Shown here one piece after another: positions 35,952 through 46,127 of a stretch of DNA of 64,000 nucleotides; position 1 is the stretch's first letter, and every line of letters starts with the position of its first letter. Made by a program: the position numbers and the translations under genes. Below the pieces are notes generated by a model. That model did no database searches. It saw nothing but the letters and a program-made list of their open reading frames with translations, and was not told the origin of the DNA. The DNA lies in the IMG/VR virus record IMGVR_UViG_3300016476_001599, positions 54,847 to 118,846 of that record; one strand, written 5' to 3'. The DNA is from a virus.

Positions 35952-36665
35952 GTGAGCGACATACAACTGCACGAGGACAAACATTACGTTTTCAAGCCCT
36001 TTAGGGTTCCCAAGTACCGCGTTCAATTTCAGAATGCAAAGAGCTTGGCGGACATACCGGGCTACGTGTGGTACACACCCGCGGCGTTGTATCTTTGGGG
36101 ACGGTTCACTGAAAAAAATTTGTCCGACTTGGTCGACAAATACAACCTATCTGTTTTTTGGTATCAGTTTGACAAGCCTATCTTTTCCGGTTTTTCTTTT
36201 TCGGAAGACAAGTCCTGGAATCATTTGTTGTGGGCAGTTCGAGTCGACGAGTATTCGAAGCTTGTCGACGGCATACTTGAGACAGTTCAGTTTGACTTAG
36301 ATCGTTCAATTTTGTATCAGTATGCGTTGCAGCGTTTGCGAGTTTACGATCCGTTAGCCGTCGATACCGATCGCGTCGTCACGCCTAAAACGCCTGTTTT
36401 AGAGCTCAGTGCTTTCGCGGTGCTTTCCAACAAAATGCAATGCGCCTTCGACAACAAAAAACCTCTGAAGACTTTGCCGGGAATGGTATCATATCCGCCG
36501 GATAGCTTGCACGTTAAAGCCGCACAGAGACTGTTTCGGCTATCGCACAAGGACACAGACGCCGCGTTTTCGGCCTATAAGCGTGTTATGTCTGAGATGC
36601 AAGACGAGGCTTATTTTTTGGACGTTAAAAACAAGAAGGCTAACGTAAGGATTAAAAGCAAGTAA
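35952..36665 (+). CDS. hypothetical protein
   Basis: 237-aa ORF in the operon. Confidence 0.7.
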   Translation: MSDIQLHEDKHYVFKPFRVPKYRVQFQNAKSLADIPGYVWYTPAALYLWGRFTEKNLSDLVDKYNLSVFWYQFDKPIFSGFSFSEDKSWNHLLWAVRVDEYSKLVDGILETVQFDLDRSILYQYALQRLRVYDPLAVDTDRVVTPKTPVLELSAFAVLSNKMQCAFDNKKPLKTLPGMVSYPPDSLHVKAAQRLFRLSHKDTDAAFSAYKRVMSEMQDEAYFLDVKNKKANVRIKSK

Positions 36666-36917
36666 ATGACAACGTTCGATCCATCGGCTAAGACTTTCCC
36701 GGTAGACAGTCTGCAGAATTTTTTGATCCCCAACCAGGTTTTGCAACTTAAGCTGTTCTGTGACGATTCACTGGAGGGGCTTGAGAAGCAGGTAAACGAT
36801 TGGATTCGCAGCACGCAGGCCGTAGTAGCGGTGCCGGGTGTCATCGCGATTTCCGGGGGTTTATTGCGTATCGGGTTGTCGTATGTTCCGGCAAGCGAGG
36901 GTGCGACGCATGCCTAG
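36666..36917 (+). CDS. hypothetical protein
   Basis: Abuts the upstream stop. Confidence 0.65.
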   Translation: MTTFDPSAKTFPVDSLQNFLIPNQVLQLKLFCDDSLEGLEKQVNDWIRSTQAVVAVPGVIAISGGLLRIGLSYVPASEGATHA

Positions 36918-37515
36918 CGAAAAAAAGCCGATTCCGGCTGCGATCGATGCCTTAATGCGGGTTATTGCGGCTAAAAAAACCGTGTCCGGCGAGTACGATC
37001 TGGAATATTCCGAGCATTTAAAACGTCTGCCTTCGGACGTCTCGGAATCTTTTTTTGCCATGGGTTCGAAAGAAGCGGACGAGGTCGGTTTGCCTTCGCT
37101 CAAATATTGTCTTTGCGAAAGCCCCGAGGGCGATTACCCGGCTGTTTACGCCTACAACAACCTTGCAGACCTTGTGAAAGCTGTTCACTCGCGAGTAGGA
37201 AGGGAAACTGCTGTTTCCGTTTTCTACGGCCTGCCGCTTGTGTTGACTAAGTCGACCAAGCCGGATGGGACTGCGGATTACTATTTGCGACTTCCGAACC
37301 AGACAGCCGTGAAACTGAGTAAAGGCGGGGAATTGGACGTTTACGCAGTGGCAGACTTATCCGAAGACACTAATATGGAGGTCTTAGAGCACGGCTGGAT
37401 GGGTTCAGATACCTACATGCAGTCGCAGTACTTCCGGGACGGTACAACGGATCCGTTTCAGGACGCTGAGCAAAAGAAGTTTGAAGGCGGCGACGAAGAC
37501 AATTTGACAACGTAA
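36910..37515 (+). CDS. hypothetical protein
   Basis: GAGGG RBS. Confidence 0.7.
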   Translation: MPSEKKPIPAAIDALMRVIAAKKTVSGEYDLEYSEHLKRLPSDVSESFFAMGSKEADEVGLPSLKYCLCESPEGDYPAVYAYNNLADLVKAVHSRVGRETAVSVFYGLPLVLTKSTKPDGTADYYLRLPNQTAVKLSKGGELDVYAVADLSEDTNMEVLEHGWMGSDTYMQSQYFRDGTTDPFQDAEQKKFEGGDEDNLTT

Positions 37516-37525
37516 AGGAAAGCCA

Positions 37526-38242
37526 ATGAGCAGTTACAAGCCTAGCAGCGTGTTGCCGGGAGCGACGGAAATACCTTCAAGTATCGGCGACCGGATGGAC
37601 GGCAGGTCGGCAGGATTCGACCACAACAAGCCAGGTCTGGTCGTGGTGGATCCGGACGAGTCGGACTCTTTTGTCATTGACATGGGGAAAGTTTCCAGAG
37701 AGTCGTTTGAAAAAGCGGCTCGTAGCTATTCGAGCGGCTCCGATTACTTTCAACGACTGGCCGAGGACACAAATCGGTCTGAATCGGAGAAATCGGTAGC
37801 CAAGGACAATTTCCTTTTGGAGGATGTGGTCAAAGCTTCATCTTCCGCAGTGGTTTCGGATTTTAATCCGACAGATTCCCGTCCGAGCAATTCTCCCCGA
37901 GGGATTGATGCTTCAGTTATAAAAGCGGCTTTTGGTACGCTGGGCATTCCGTTTTTGGCGTCTGCTGTTCCGGCCAAGCCCGCGTTTACGGTATATTTTG
38001 AGTTTGCACAACTGGGAACGATGTCCGCAAGATATCATCAAGTAGTCGACGCGAAGGATTGCCTGGTTCTGGTCTATGACTCCCGTTTTGAGTACGGTCA
38101 GCAGTATTTGCCGCCAAACTTAGGGCCGGAGCAGCCGATTAACGTCGGAGTAGCTGAAACCGGTTTGTCGTACAACGTGGCATCACTGGGACTCAGTTGG
38201 ACGCTTGGTTGTTTAGATTTCGTACTTTTGATTAAGGCGTAA
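37526..38242 (+). CDS. hypothetical protein
   Basis: AAGGA RBS. Confidence 0.7.
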   Translation: MSSYKPSSVLPGATEIPSSIGDRMDGRSAGFDHNKPGLVVVDPDESDSFVIDMGKVSRESFEKAARSYSSGSDYFQRLAEDTNRSESEKSVAKDNFLLEDVVKASSSAVVSDFNPTDSRPSNSPRGIDASVIKAAFGTLGIPFLASAVPAKPAFTVYFEFAQLGTMSARYHQVVDAKDCLVLVYDSRFEYGQQYLPPNLGPEQPINVGVAETGLSYNVASLGLSWTLGCLDFVLLIKA

Positions 38243-38247
38243 ACGAG

Positions 38248-38433
38248 ATGGAAAAAAACGGTGCTATCGGCGAAAACACGCCGTGCGAAAAACCAGAGTG
38301 TTGTCGGCGGCAAACTGAAAATCTGGTACAGAAGACTTTTCAGTTTTTAACGGACAAGGAAGCCGCGGACGAGAAAGAGAGTTGCCTTATGAAAGATGCC
38401 GCTGACGTGGTTAAACAGGCAACATCGAAGTAG
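38248..38433 (+). CDS. small hypothetical protein
   Basis: ORF filling the gap before the putative portal. Confidence 0.6.
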   Translation: MEKNGAIGENTPCEKPECCRRQTENLVQKTFQFLTDKEAADEKESCLMKDAADVVKQATSK

Positions 38434-38455
38434 TTAGTTTTTAGCGAGATCTGCA

Positions 38456-40390
38456 ATGACATACCAAGGCGCAAGCATTCCGTTTTTCAGTCGCGGGGCT
38501 GGTGCATCGCAAGGTGAACACGGTTTTGCAGATCCGTTTAATGACATTGCAACTACGCAGATGCCGACAACGATCAAGTCGGCTCTGCGGTGGTCAGAGT
38601 ATGTTTGGCAGATAATGGGTACGTACCGCACCGCCATGGAGCGACTCGTATCGTATTTCTTAAGCGACATCGAAATTGGTGGCGAGGATATTGGCGATGA
38701 CGAGAAAAGAAAATACAAGGACTACCTGGGACAGCAACTGAATTTGATGCAGTTCTTGTCGACGGCCATGCGAGACAGGCTTTGCTACGGTAACTTTTTC
38801 GGTAGCGTTATCGTTCCTTTTCGCAGGCACTTGAAGTGTCCTTGTAGCAGCTGTAGGGCGGGTAACATGTATCCGCTTCGAGTTGTTTATGAGAACTTTG
38901 ATTTTCAGTTTGATGCGTCTTTTAACTTTGTGGCGACTTGCCCTAAAACGGGTTGGCGTGGGCCCTGGGTGGTGGTGGATAAGCCCAAGGAAGAGTCGGA
39001 GCATCTTATTTTAAAGACGTGGAACCCGCACGAGATCGAAATTCTGCACGACCCGTACACAAACGAGACGGCGTACTTGTGGCGAATTCCGGAATACTAC
39101 AAGCGCATGGTCAAGGAAGGCAATCTTTATCATCTGGAACGCTCGCCCAAGGCTGTACTCGAAGCTATTCGCACGGACAAGCTTTTCCGCTTTCACCATG
39201 ACGCCATTTACCACATGAAAGAGCCTACTTTGGCAGGCATTCGCTCGATGGGGTGGGGTTTACCTCGCAGCCTTATAAATTACAGACAAATATGGAATCT
39301 GCAGGTTCTTCGACGGTACAACGAAGCAATTGCACTAGATTACATCATACCTTTCCGCTTGATAACGCCTGAGGTTCGTTCGGGAAGCGGTGGTGCCGGT
39401 GGCTTTGCAATGAACGATCCGATGTCGTCTTACAACATGGGTGATTTTAGGTCGCAGATTCGCAACATGATCAATCGACGGCGACGAGACCCATCAGGGT
39501 GGAATATGCTGCCTTTTCCCGTTAAGTACCAGATACTTGGCGGCGAGGCTAGCCAATTAGCTCCCACCGAGATGATTACGCAAGCGTACGATTCGCTACT
39601 TAACGAGTCAGGTGTGCCGGTTGACTTCTATCAAGGTACACTGAGTGTCCAAGCTGCACCTGTTGGTTTGCGTTTGTTCGAAAGCCAGCACCGTGCATTG
39701 GTGACCGACGCTAACAACCTTGTTCAGTGGATTATGAACACGGTCGCACGCATAATGAGTTGGCAGAAGGCCGAATGCAAGCTTAAACCGGTCACTATTT
39801 CGGACGACATGCAAAAGCAAATGGCTGCGTTGCAGCTTATGATGGCACAGCAGTTGTCGGGTCAGTCTGGCCTGGCTGCAGTTGGTTTCGACTGGGAAAC
39901 GGAGCAACGGCGTTTGGCGGACGAGGCAAGGCGACAGCAGGAAATGCAGGCTCGCATGCAGGAAGAAATGGAGCAGGCCGGTTTTGCCGCAGAAATTGCC
40001 AAGGGTATCAATCCGGCCACGCAGGGAGGACAACCAGGGGCTGCTGCTCCTGGCGGCGTAGCCGCAGGCGGTCAACAGGGTGCAAATCCAGCCGGTCCCG
40101 ACGCGCAGTCGGCCATGGGTGCGGGGCAGACGCCTGTTACCGCGTACGTGCAAAGTATGAGTCCAAACGCAGCGATCACACCCAACGACTTAGAGGCGGC
40201 TGCGTCCCAGCTGGCTCAGGAGCTGTTGGGACTGCCGGAGGGTGTTAAAGACTCGGAGCTTAGAAAGCTTAAGCAGTTCAATCCGATATTGCACAGCCGT
40301 GTACGGGCCAAGATGGACGAGCAGCGGCAACAGATTAAGAATCAGGGCGGGGCCATGCTTCAGCAACAAATGGCACAAGGGCGTATGTGA
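38456..40390 (+). CDS. putative portal protein
   Basis: 644 aa; RDRLCYGNFF helix-turn, IYHMK...GWGLPR, SGVP segment and Q/G/A-rich tail typical of phage portals. Confidence 0.55.
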   Translation: MTYQGASIPFFSRGAGASQGEHGFADPFNDIATTQMPTTIKSALRWSEYVWQIMGTYRTAMERLVSYFLSDIEIGGEDIGDDEKRKYKDYLGQQLNLMQFLSTAMRDRLCYGNFFGSVIVPFRRHLKCPCSSCRAGNMYPLRVVYENFDFQFDASFNFVATCPKTGWRGPWVVVDKPKEESEHLILKTWNPHEIEILHDPYTNETAYLWRIPEYYKRMVKEGNLYHLERSPKAVLEAIRTDKLFRFHHDAIYHMKEPTLAGIRSMGWGLPRSLINYRQIWNLQVLRRYNEAIALDYIIPFRLITPEVRSGSGGAGGFAMNDPMSSYNMGDFRSQIRNMINRRRRDPSGWNMLPFPVKYQILGGEASQLAPTEMITQAYDSLLNESGVPVDFYQGTLSVQAAPVGLRLFESQHRALVTDANNLVQWIMNTVARIMSWQKAECKLKPVTISDDMQKQMAALQLMMAQQLSGQSGLAAVGFDWETEQRRLADEARRQQEMQARMQEEMEQAGFAAEIAKGINPATQGGQPGAAAPGGVAAGGQQGANPAGPDAQSAMGAGQTPVTAYVQSMSPNAAITPNDLEAAASQLAQELLGLPEGVKDSELRKLKQFNPILHSRVRAKMDEQRQQIKNQGGAMLQQQMAQGRM

Positions 40391-41181
40391 TGCGGATAGG
40401 CTTTGTCTGCCCAACGTACAAGGCGAAGGAGTTGCACCGTTACACGGAGAAGGCACTAGGCTCGTTTTTTCGTACGACTCCGGGCGGGCTAGCGGTTGTC
40501 GTTGATGACGGGTCGGTCGGATTCGATAATGCTTATGCTCGTCGATTAAGAGCATTGGCGCCGACGGAAAACCAAATAGTCGTAGAACGTTTTGAATCGC
40601 AGTTGGGCCTGACTAGAAGCTGGAATAAAGGGCTTTCAATTTGCATGGAGCAGCGGGCAGATTACGCGATTGCTGGAAACAACGACGTTGTTTTTACGCC
40701 TAGGTGGTATGAGGGCATGGTACAGCTGGCCGCCATTTCCTTTTCAATGGTGGGACCACTTTCAAATGCTCCCGGTATAACGGCAAAAGGTCAGCAGGAG
40801 ATTTCAAAGTACATCAAACCCTACAAGTTGACGGACGACCAAGAAACCTTGGATGGATACGCGAAAAGATTGCTAGATCGCTACACAGGTAACTTTGTGG
40901 TAAGTAAGATCAACGGTTTTTTTCAGTTTGCGTCAATGGCGGCTTGGCATGCAGGCAAATACGACGAAAATCATTTCTATCGTCCGGCCAACTTTTTCAA
41001 CGCAGCGGGCAAGGAAAACCCAACTCCGTTTATGACCTTAAACGAGGATGAGCTGCAGGCCCGATGGGCGAAACTAGGGATGAAGTCGGCCATAAGCTTG
41101 AGCAGCTTTATCTTCCACTACAGGGCCGTGACGCGAGGCGACAAGTACAAGAAAGGTCAGTGGTTCAGGCAAAATGACTAA
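40387..41181 (+). CDS. family 2 glycosyltransferase
   Basis: VCPTY, VVVDDGS, GLTRSWNKG, GNNDV, IFHY. Confidence 0.88.
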   Translation: MMRIGFVCPTYKAKELHRYTEKALGSFFRTTPGGLAVVVDDGSVGFDNAYARRLRALAPTENQIVVERFESQLGLTRSWNKGLSICMEQRADYAIAGNNDVVFTPRWYEGMVQLAAISFSMVGPLSNAPGITAKGQQEISKYIKPYKLTDDQETLDGYAKRLLDRYTGNFVVSKINGFFQFASMAAWHAGKYDENHFYRPANFFNAAGKENPTPFMTLNEDELQARWAKLGMKSAISLSSFIFHYRAVTRGDKYKKGQWFRQND

Positions 41182-41881
41182 TGTAGTTGTTTACAGTTGC
41201 GTGACTGGTGGTTACGACAAACTTGAAAACACGTTTTCAGCTTCAAATAACGTTCCCGAAAACGGCGTAAAGTACGTTTTGTTCGCGGACAAGCAAAGCG
41301 TCACAACGGGAACCATAACCTCTGCAAAAGGCGTCGAATGGGAAATCAGACCGCTCATCTGGCAGCATCGTTTCTGCGGCAGGCGGACGGCTCGCTGGCA
41401 CAAGCTTAATCCAGAGGCTTTCACGAAGCCGGGCGACATTTCTATCTGGATTGACGCCTCGCAGCGAATAAAGGTCGAGAGGTTTGCTGAACGACTGTTG
41501 GCGGAAACAGTGCAAAAAACGCCGCAGGTCGACATTTTTTCTTTCAAGCACCCGCAGCGGAACTGTATCTATCAAGAGTTGCAAGCTTGCATTGGCTACC
41601 GAAAAGACAACCCTGTTTTGATGCGAAAACAAATTGAGTTTTATCGCACAGAAGGCTACCCGGCGTCAAACGGTCTTGTGGAGACCGCTTGCGTTGTTCG
41701 GCGACACACGCCGAGTTCAGTCAGATTTGATCGTTTGTGGTGGTACATGCTGGATCACCACAGTTTGAGAGATCAACTTAGCTTTAACTACGTTGCCTGG
41801 AAGAACGAAACGGCTTTTGGTAGGATACCCGGGTGCCGCACGAATTCCCCTTTTTTTGATTTCGTTCCTCATGGTTCTTGA
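41174..41881 (+). CDS. DUF616-like putative glycosyltransferase
   Basis: VYSCVTGGYD, WIDAS, HPQRNCIYQE, RDQLSFNYVAW. Confidence 0.8.
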   Translation: MTNVVVYSCVTGGYDKLENTFSASNNVPENGVKYVLFADKQSVTTGTITSAKGVEWEIRPLIWQHRFCGRRTARWHKLNPEAFTKPGDISIWIDASQRIKVERFAERLLAETVQKTPQVDIFSFKHPQRNCIYQELQACIGYRKDNPVLMRKQIEFYRTEGYPASNGLVETACVVRRHTPSSVRFDRLWWYMLDHHSLRDQLSFNYVAWKNETAFGRIPGCRTNSPFFDFVPHGS

Positions 41882-41890
41882 AAGAAAAGA

Positions 41891-42958
41891 ATGACAAAAG
41901 TTGGCATCTATGTCGATTACAAACACAACGATACGACGCTCGCTGCTGTTATGCTCGGTAACTGGTTTATTAGAAGCGGTAGCCAGGTTCGATTTATTTC
42001 CGACGACTCGGTGGCACGCAATGTTGATGACTACTGGGACTCGAAAGTTTTGCGTGATTTTTCAGGGCGAGGTGACTGCTACTCTGGTCTATCGCACGTC
42101 TTTTGGTTTTGTCCGAACGAGTTGAGCTTAAAAGCGGCTAAGCGAGAGGAAAGCCAGAGTGACATGATTTCTCCCGTGCGTCATTTCTACGTTCCGGGTT
42201 GGTGTGCCGCGTCTGCGATGTCGGATGCTTTTTTGCTTAACGCGCACAAGACGATTTCTTTGAGCCAAGATGCCGCGATTTGGTTAAGTTCAAAGTGCCG
42301 TGATTTCGAGGTAAATACGGCTTGGTCTAATTTGTGCGCGGCAGACAAGCTTCTCGTACCGAAAAATGGCCGGGTAGAAAACGACAAAATCAAAATTTTG
42401 ATATTGTTAGGTTCGGACTTCTCTGTGGCTATTGGTGACGAGTTTTTTGAAGTCGTCGAGAAGCTTCTCAGACTGTACAAGGGATTACACGTTACTTTCG
42501 CGATGGAGCGATCGCTTCCAAAGTCGCAACGGAGGCGTCTGTCCGGTTTAATTCAAGCGTTTGGATCTCGCGTGTGCCGTAAAGGTGTTGTGCCTTACAG
42601 TCGATATCACGAGATGGCGTATTCGCACGACTGGGTTTATTTGGCGTGCTCTGCTTTTCGGCACGGTGCTTTAATATCGCACTTAGAGGTGAGTGGAACG
42701 CCGCTCATCTGCCACGACGTTCCTCCGGCGAGATCATACATAGCCGGAAAGTTGTCAGGGTTACTTGTCCCCACAACAGCAGCTGACACCTTCAAACCAG
42801 CTGGCATTGTTTGTTTTGATTCGCTAATGACAACATTAGGCCAAGCGGTTGAGCTCAACGAGCTGAGTTTAAAAGGTTTGCAGCGGAACGCATACGCTGG
42901 AAGGCGTAAGCGAATCCAGGACTTTGAGCGGTTCCTTCTGAAAGAGGTGCTGGCTTAA
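41891..42958 (+). CDS. GT-B (family 4-like) glycosyltransferase, divergent
   Basis: VPYSRYHEMAYSHDWVYL...SGTPLICHDVPP...GLLVP C-terminal pattern. Confidence 0.6.
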   Translation: MTKVGIYVDYKHNDTTLAAVMLGNWFIRSGSQVRFISDDSVARNVDDYWDSKVLRDFSGRGDCYSGLSHVFWFCPNELSLKAAKREESQSDMISPVRHFYVPGWCAASAMSDAFLLNAHKTISLSQDAAIWLSSKCRDFEVNTAWSNLCAADKLLVPKNGRVENDKIKILILLGSDFSVAIGDEFFEVVEKLLRLYKGLHVTFAMERSLPKSQRRRLSGLIQAFGSRVCRKGVVPYSRYHEMAYSHDWVYLACSAFRHGALISHLEVSGTPLICHDVPPARSYIAGKLSGLLVPTTAADTFKPAGIVCFDSLMTTLGQAVELNELSLKGLQRNAYAGRRKRIQDFERFLLKEVLA

Positions 42959-43053
42959 TTCTGCGGCATAAATGCCCGAGCAAACATTCGGGTCGCTTGA
43001 AATCGGCAAGGACTGTGCTAGAACTATCTCTTCAGCTTTAAGCGGAGTCGAAA

Positions 43054-43617
43054 ATGGCGGATTACACGTTCGAAAGAAACTATTGGGGAAACTGCACAAA
43101 CACTTTTGACGAAGAGCAAAAGCATTTTGTGTACGCGCGTTGCATGGGGATAGCGATCGGTCGCTATTCGTTTACTCCGATGTGTGGCCGGATACTAGAT
43201 GTCGGCGGTGGTCCGGCCAGCATGTTACTCAAGGTCGAAAACTTAAAGGAAGGTTTGGTCTGGGATCCTATCGTGTATCCGAGATGGACTGTGGAACGGT
43301 ACGCAGCCGCTAACATTTCGGTTCGCACTTCGCCCGGAGAGTTGCTAAACGAAACGGGCTGGGATGAGGTCTGGATGTACAATTGTTTGCAGCATACTGA
43401 TGACCCCGAGAAAATCGTAAGAAATTGCCTACGGGCGGGTAGAGTTTTTCGAATTTTTGAGTGGCTGGATATTCCTCCCCACGACGGTCATCCGCAGATG
43501 TTGACAGAAAAACTGTTGAACGATTGGCTGGAAACGAAAGGAACTGTGCGGTTTCTTGACGGTACGAATGGCTGTTTGGGGCAATCCTATTCTGCTGTTT
43601 TAACCGGTTCGGTTTGA
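43054..43617 (+). CDS. class I SAM-dependent methyltransferase
   Basis: ILDVGGGP, WDEVWMYNCLQHTDDP, FE. Confidence 0.85.
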   Translation: MADYTFERNYWGNCTNTFDEEQKHFVYARCMGIAIGRYSFTPMCGRILDVGGGPASMLLKVENLKEGLVWDPIVYPRWTVERYAAANISVRTSPGELLNETGWDEVWMYNCLQHTDDPEKIVRNCLRAGRVFRIFEWLDIPPHDGHPQMLTEKLLNDWLETKGTVRFLDGTNGCLGQSYSAVLTGSV

Positions 43618-43621
43618 TGCT

Positions 43622-43972
43622 TTGGTTTTTTGTTTCACTACAGCGTTTGGAGGTACCCCCACCTTGGCGGAAAATTCTACTGGTTCCTTTTTAACTTCTT
43701 CGGCTCCGGGTAAACAGTCAAGCGATTTGTTGACGATGCTTGCACAGGAGTACGGCAAACCGCTCACAGGCGAAGTTGTTACTTTTTTGGGTTTCGCACG
43801 TGGTTACTTGGAAAAAAATCGCCCGTCGGAAATCATTACGTTACCTAACAACGTTGGGCTCAAGTTGACGAACTTTGTGGAGGTCCGAGTTTTTCCGGAT
43901 CAGCCGGGAATGCAAGTCGGGGACGGCTCAATGGCAAGCAATGACCCTGGCATATCTATCAACAGGCCATGA
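43622..43972 (+). CDS. hypothetical protein
   Basis: ORF, start uncertain. Confidence 0.45.
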   Translation: MVFCFTTAFGGTPTLAENSTGSFLTSSAPGKQSSDLLTMLAQEYGKPLTGEVVTFLGFARGYLEKNRPSEIITLPNNVGLKLTNFVEVRVFPDQPGMQVGDGSMASNDPGISINRP

Positions 43973-44205
43973 TGTTGCAACTTAATCCGCCTTTACCTTT
44001 GACGACACCAAGGGGTAAAGGCTTTGCTCATTTCTTAATTGACTACTCGCAAGAACACGATCTTTTGTGGGTTGTGTTTTTGGATGACACCGGTGAAAGC
44101 TGGACGTTCAACAACCGAGAAATACGCTTGCAGTCAAACATCACCATGGGAAGGCCGAACAATTCGACCAAGGAAGGTTATGACAAAGAACCCAATTCAG
44201 ATTGA
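43969..44205 (+). CDS. hypothetical phage protein
   Basis: LQLNPPLPLTTPRG...LIDYSQEHDLLWVVF. Confidence 0.75.
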   Translation: MMLQLNPPLPLTTPRGKGFAHFLIDYSQEHDLLWVVFLDDTGESWTFNNREIRLQSNITMGRPNNSTKEGYDKEPNSD

Positions 44206-44614
44206 AGAAAAAGTAGCTTTAATGACTGCAGCAAGGGTAAAGCCTAGATACCCTTTTTGGCCGGTCACTTTCCGGTCAGTCACGACTCCGGAAGTGGTTA
44301 ACGTTATCTTTGAGGGTGCAGAGGATGCAGAAGAGTTTCAGACGAAGGCGGCCTTGGTCTTCTTAAGCGTGCAAGGCCTTTCTTTGCCCAACGCGTTCTC
44401 TCTTGAGTTTGACAAACCGGTGTCGACGCTTAGAAAAGAAAGTGCCGCTTTTGACAGTGCAATTGCAAGCTTTTCAACGCTGGGAAACACGTCAAACTTG
44501 ATCTTAGAGACTTCGAATTTTTCCGTGGTATGCTACAGGCCAGTTTGTGTTTCTGCGGATCAAAGGCACGCAAACTTCTTTTTCAAGCAGGGACCGGACG
44601 CATGGCCGGTTTGA
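44180..44614 (+). CDS. hypothetical protein
   Basis: AGGAAGG RBS. Confidence 0.65.
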   Translation: MTKNPIQIEEKVALMTAARVKPRYPFWPVTFRSVTTPEVVNVIFEGAEDAEEFQTKAALVFLSVQGLSLPNAFSLEFDKPVSTLRKESAAFDSAIASFSTLGNTSNLILETSNFSVVCYRPVCVSADQRHANFFFKQGPDAWPV

Positions 44615-44660
44615 CCGGGTAAATTCTTGAGCGTTTACAATTCGGAGTGGATTTAATCGG

Positions 44661-44688
44661 ACGGCCTGCATTCGCAGGCTGTTTTTTT
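44661..44688 (+). terminator. intrinsic terminator
   Basis: ACGGCCTGC-attc-GCAGGCTGT followed by a T-run. Confidence 0.8.
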
Positions 44689-44754
44689 GTTTGTAGCGAC
44701 TGGCGATACGGGCACCTTTCGCTGGTCTTTTGCGTTTTCGGTGCCAGATAGCGA

Positions 44755-45039
44755 GTGGCAATGGCTGATTTGTCGCTAGACCTAACGGGGTTAAATACCC
44801 CGAACTTGCTCGAGCTGAGCACATCGCACCTTAGTCTGCCGGTTGCAGAGTGGTGCAAAGGGAAGTGCTGCATGGAGAACGAACACGGTTTCTTCTTTAA
44901 CGTGCTGGACGCGGAAGGCACTGATTGTCATCCGCAAGTTGCAATGATTTTGAAGGCAGCGCATAAAGCGGGTTTTCATTACGTCTGGTTTGACTCTGAC
45001 GCAGCGGTTTGTGCATCTTTACCTTCTTATGACTGGTAG
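44755..45039 (+). CDS. hypothetical protein (DUF5983-like)
   Basis: LSTSHL...HGFF...FDSDA...LPSYDW. Confidence 0.6.
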   Translation: MAMADLSLDLTGLNTPNLLELSTSHLSLPVAEWCKGKCCMENEHGFFFNVLDAEGTDCHPQVAMILKAAHKAGFHYVWFDSDAAVCASLPSYDW

Positions 45040-45051
45040 AAAGGTTTTACG

Positions 45052-45828
45052 ATGGCTAGTCTCATTTTAAATCACAGTATTGACGTTTGGCTTAGCGACC
45101 CAGTTATCCGTAGCTTTGTGACGGTGACAATGCGAAATTTGCACTTTTCACCGCCGTTGGTGGATCAGGACGCTGTAAAAGCGAACGAGTCAGCGGTTGT
45201 GGTTTTGCTTCAAACGAAGGTTACAAGAGTTTTAAGCGAAACCTTTAAAGAGTATTGGCGGCTCGGCGACGACGAAAGCGAAAGAGTTGTCTGGTCGAGT
45301 TTACCGGAAGAACAGGCGTATGTGTCTGGCTTGTTTTATACCGCGTTTCCGGATGTTGATCGCTTTTGTACCGAGCTAAGGCGGTCGCAGATGGTTGGAA
45401 CACACCCGTTTAAACGCATTTCGCTGCAGTCGCTGTTTGATAAAGCTTGGCAAAGGTTTGTTGTGGAGAATCGCAGACCTGGCTGCGCAGACGGCGGCTG
45501 CCGCTATCAGACGCTGCGGAAACAAGGGGTGCAAACGGAAGAATGCCGTTGCGCTGTGGGTTGGTCATTGCCCAACATACCCGAGATGCTTGAAAGCCGA
45601 TCCGGTTTTGCGCAGATGGTCGAAACAGACCCTTTTTGGTTTGAAAAAGACCTGGTGTACCTTGAAAACAAGTCCGTGGTTTTGGCAGGCATACAGCAGC
45701 GTTTGCACGACAAATGGGTTAACAAGCGCGACGGCGAATGGTATTCGGACGTTGACCTGCCAAAGGTCTATCGTGATTTTGCCGCGGAATTTAACTTGAA
45801 AATACCAGAGGAGGTTGCATGTTCGTAA
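45052..45828 (+). CDS. hypothetical protein; C-terminal domain paralogous to 46128-46535
   Basis: ISLQSLFDKAWQRFVV...CRY...RCAVGWSLP. Confidence 0.7.
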   Translation: MASLILNHSIDVWLSDPVIRSFVTVTMRNLHFSPPLVDQDAVKANESAVVVLLQTKVTRVLSETFKEYWRLGDDESERVVWSSLPEEQAYVSGLFYTAFPDVDRFCTELRRSQMVGTHPFKRISLQSLFDKAWQRFVVENRRPGCADGGCRYQTLRKQGVQTEECRCAVGWSLPNIPEMLESRSGFAQMVETDPFWFEKDLVYLENKSVVLAGIQQRLHDKWVNKRDGEWYSDVDLPKVYRDFAAEFNLKIPEEVACS

Positions 45829-46079
45829 CTATAGTTCTTTCGGATCCGGAGGGTATATCACCCAGCCTAAAGGGTGAAGGCTTTTCTTTCCCCGAGGCTA
45901 AGGAGTCTTTGCGAAAGCACGCAGCACAGAGCAGATTGCTTTTGCCTTGTGGCTGGGAGCGGAACGTTAATTCGACGTACAGCAAAACCTCCCCGACCCG
46001 CTTAAGGATTGAAGATCAGTACGTTGACTTAACGATGACCATGGAGCCGTTTGTCGTGACTGTCGAAGTCGCTTTCTAG
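45819..46079 (+). CDS. hypothetical protein
   Basis: GGAGG RBS. Confidence 0.6.
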   Translation: MFVTIVLSDPEGISPSLKGEGFSFPEAKESLRKHAAQSRLLLPCGWERNVNSTYSKTSPTRLRIEDQYVDLTMTMEPFVVTVEVAF

Positions 46080-46127
46080 TGGCTTAACAGCAAAACCGGT
46101 TTGTAAATTTTAAACGAAAAGGAGCAT

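Noticed and set aside
42990-43030. Possible sigma70 promoter TTGAAA...TAGAAC before the methyltransferase
   Set aside because: Weak match that cannot be told from chance without TSS data.
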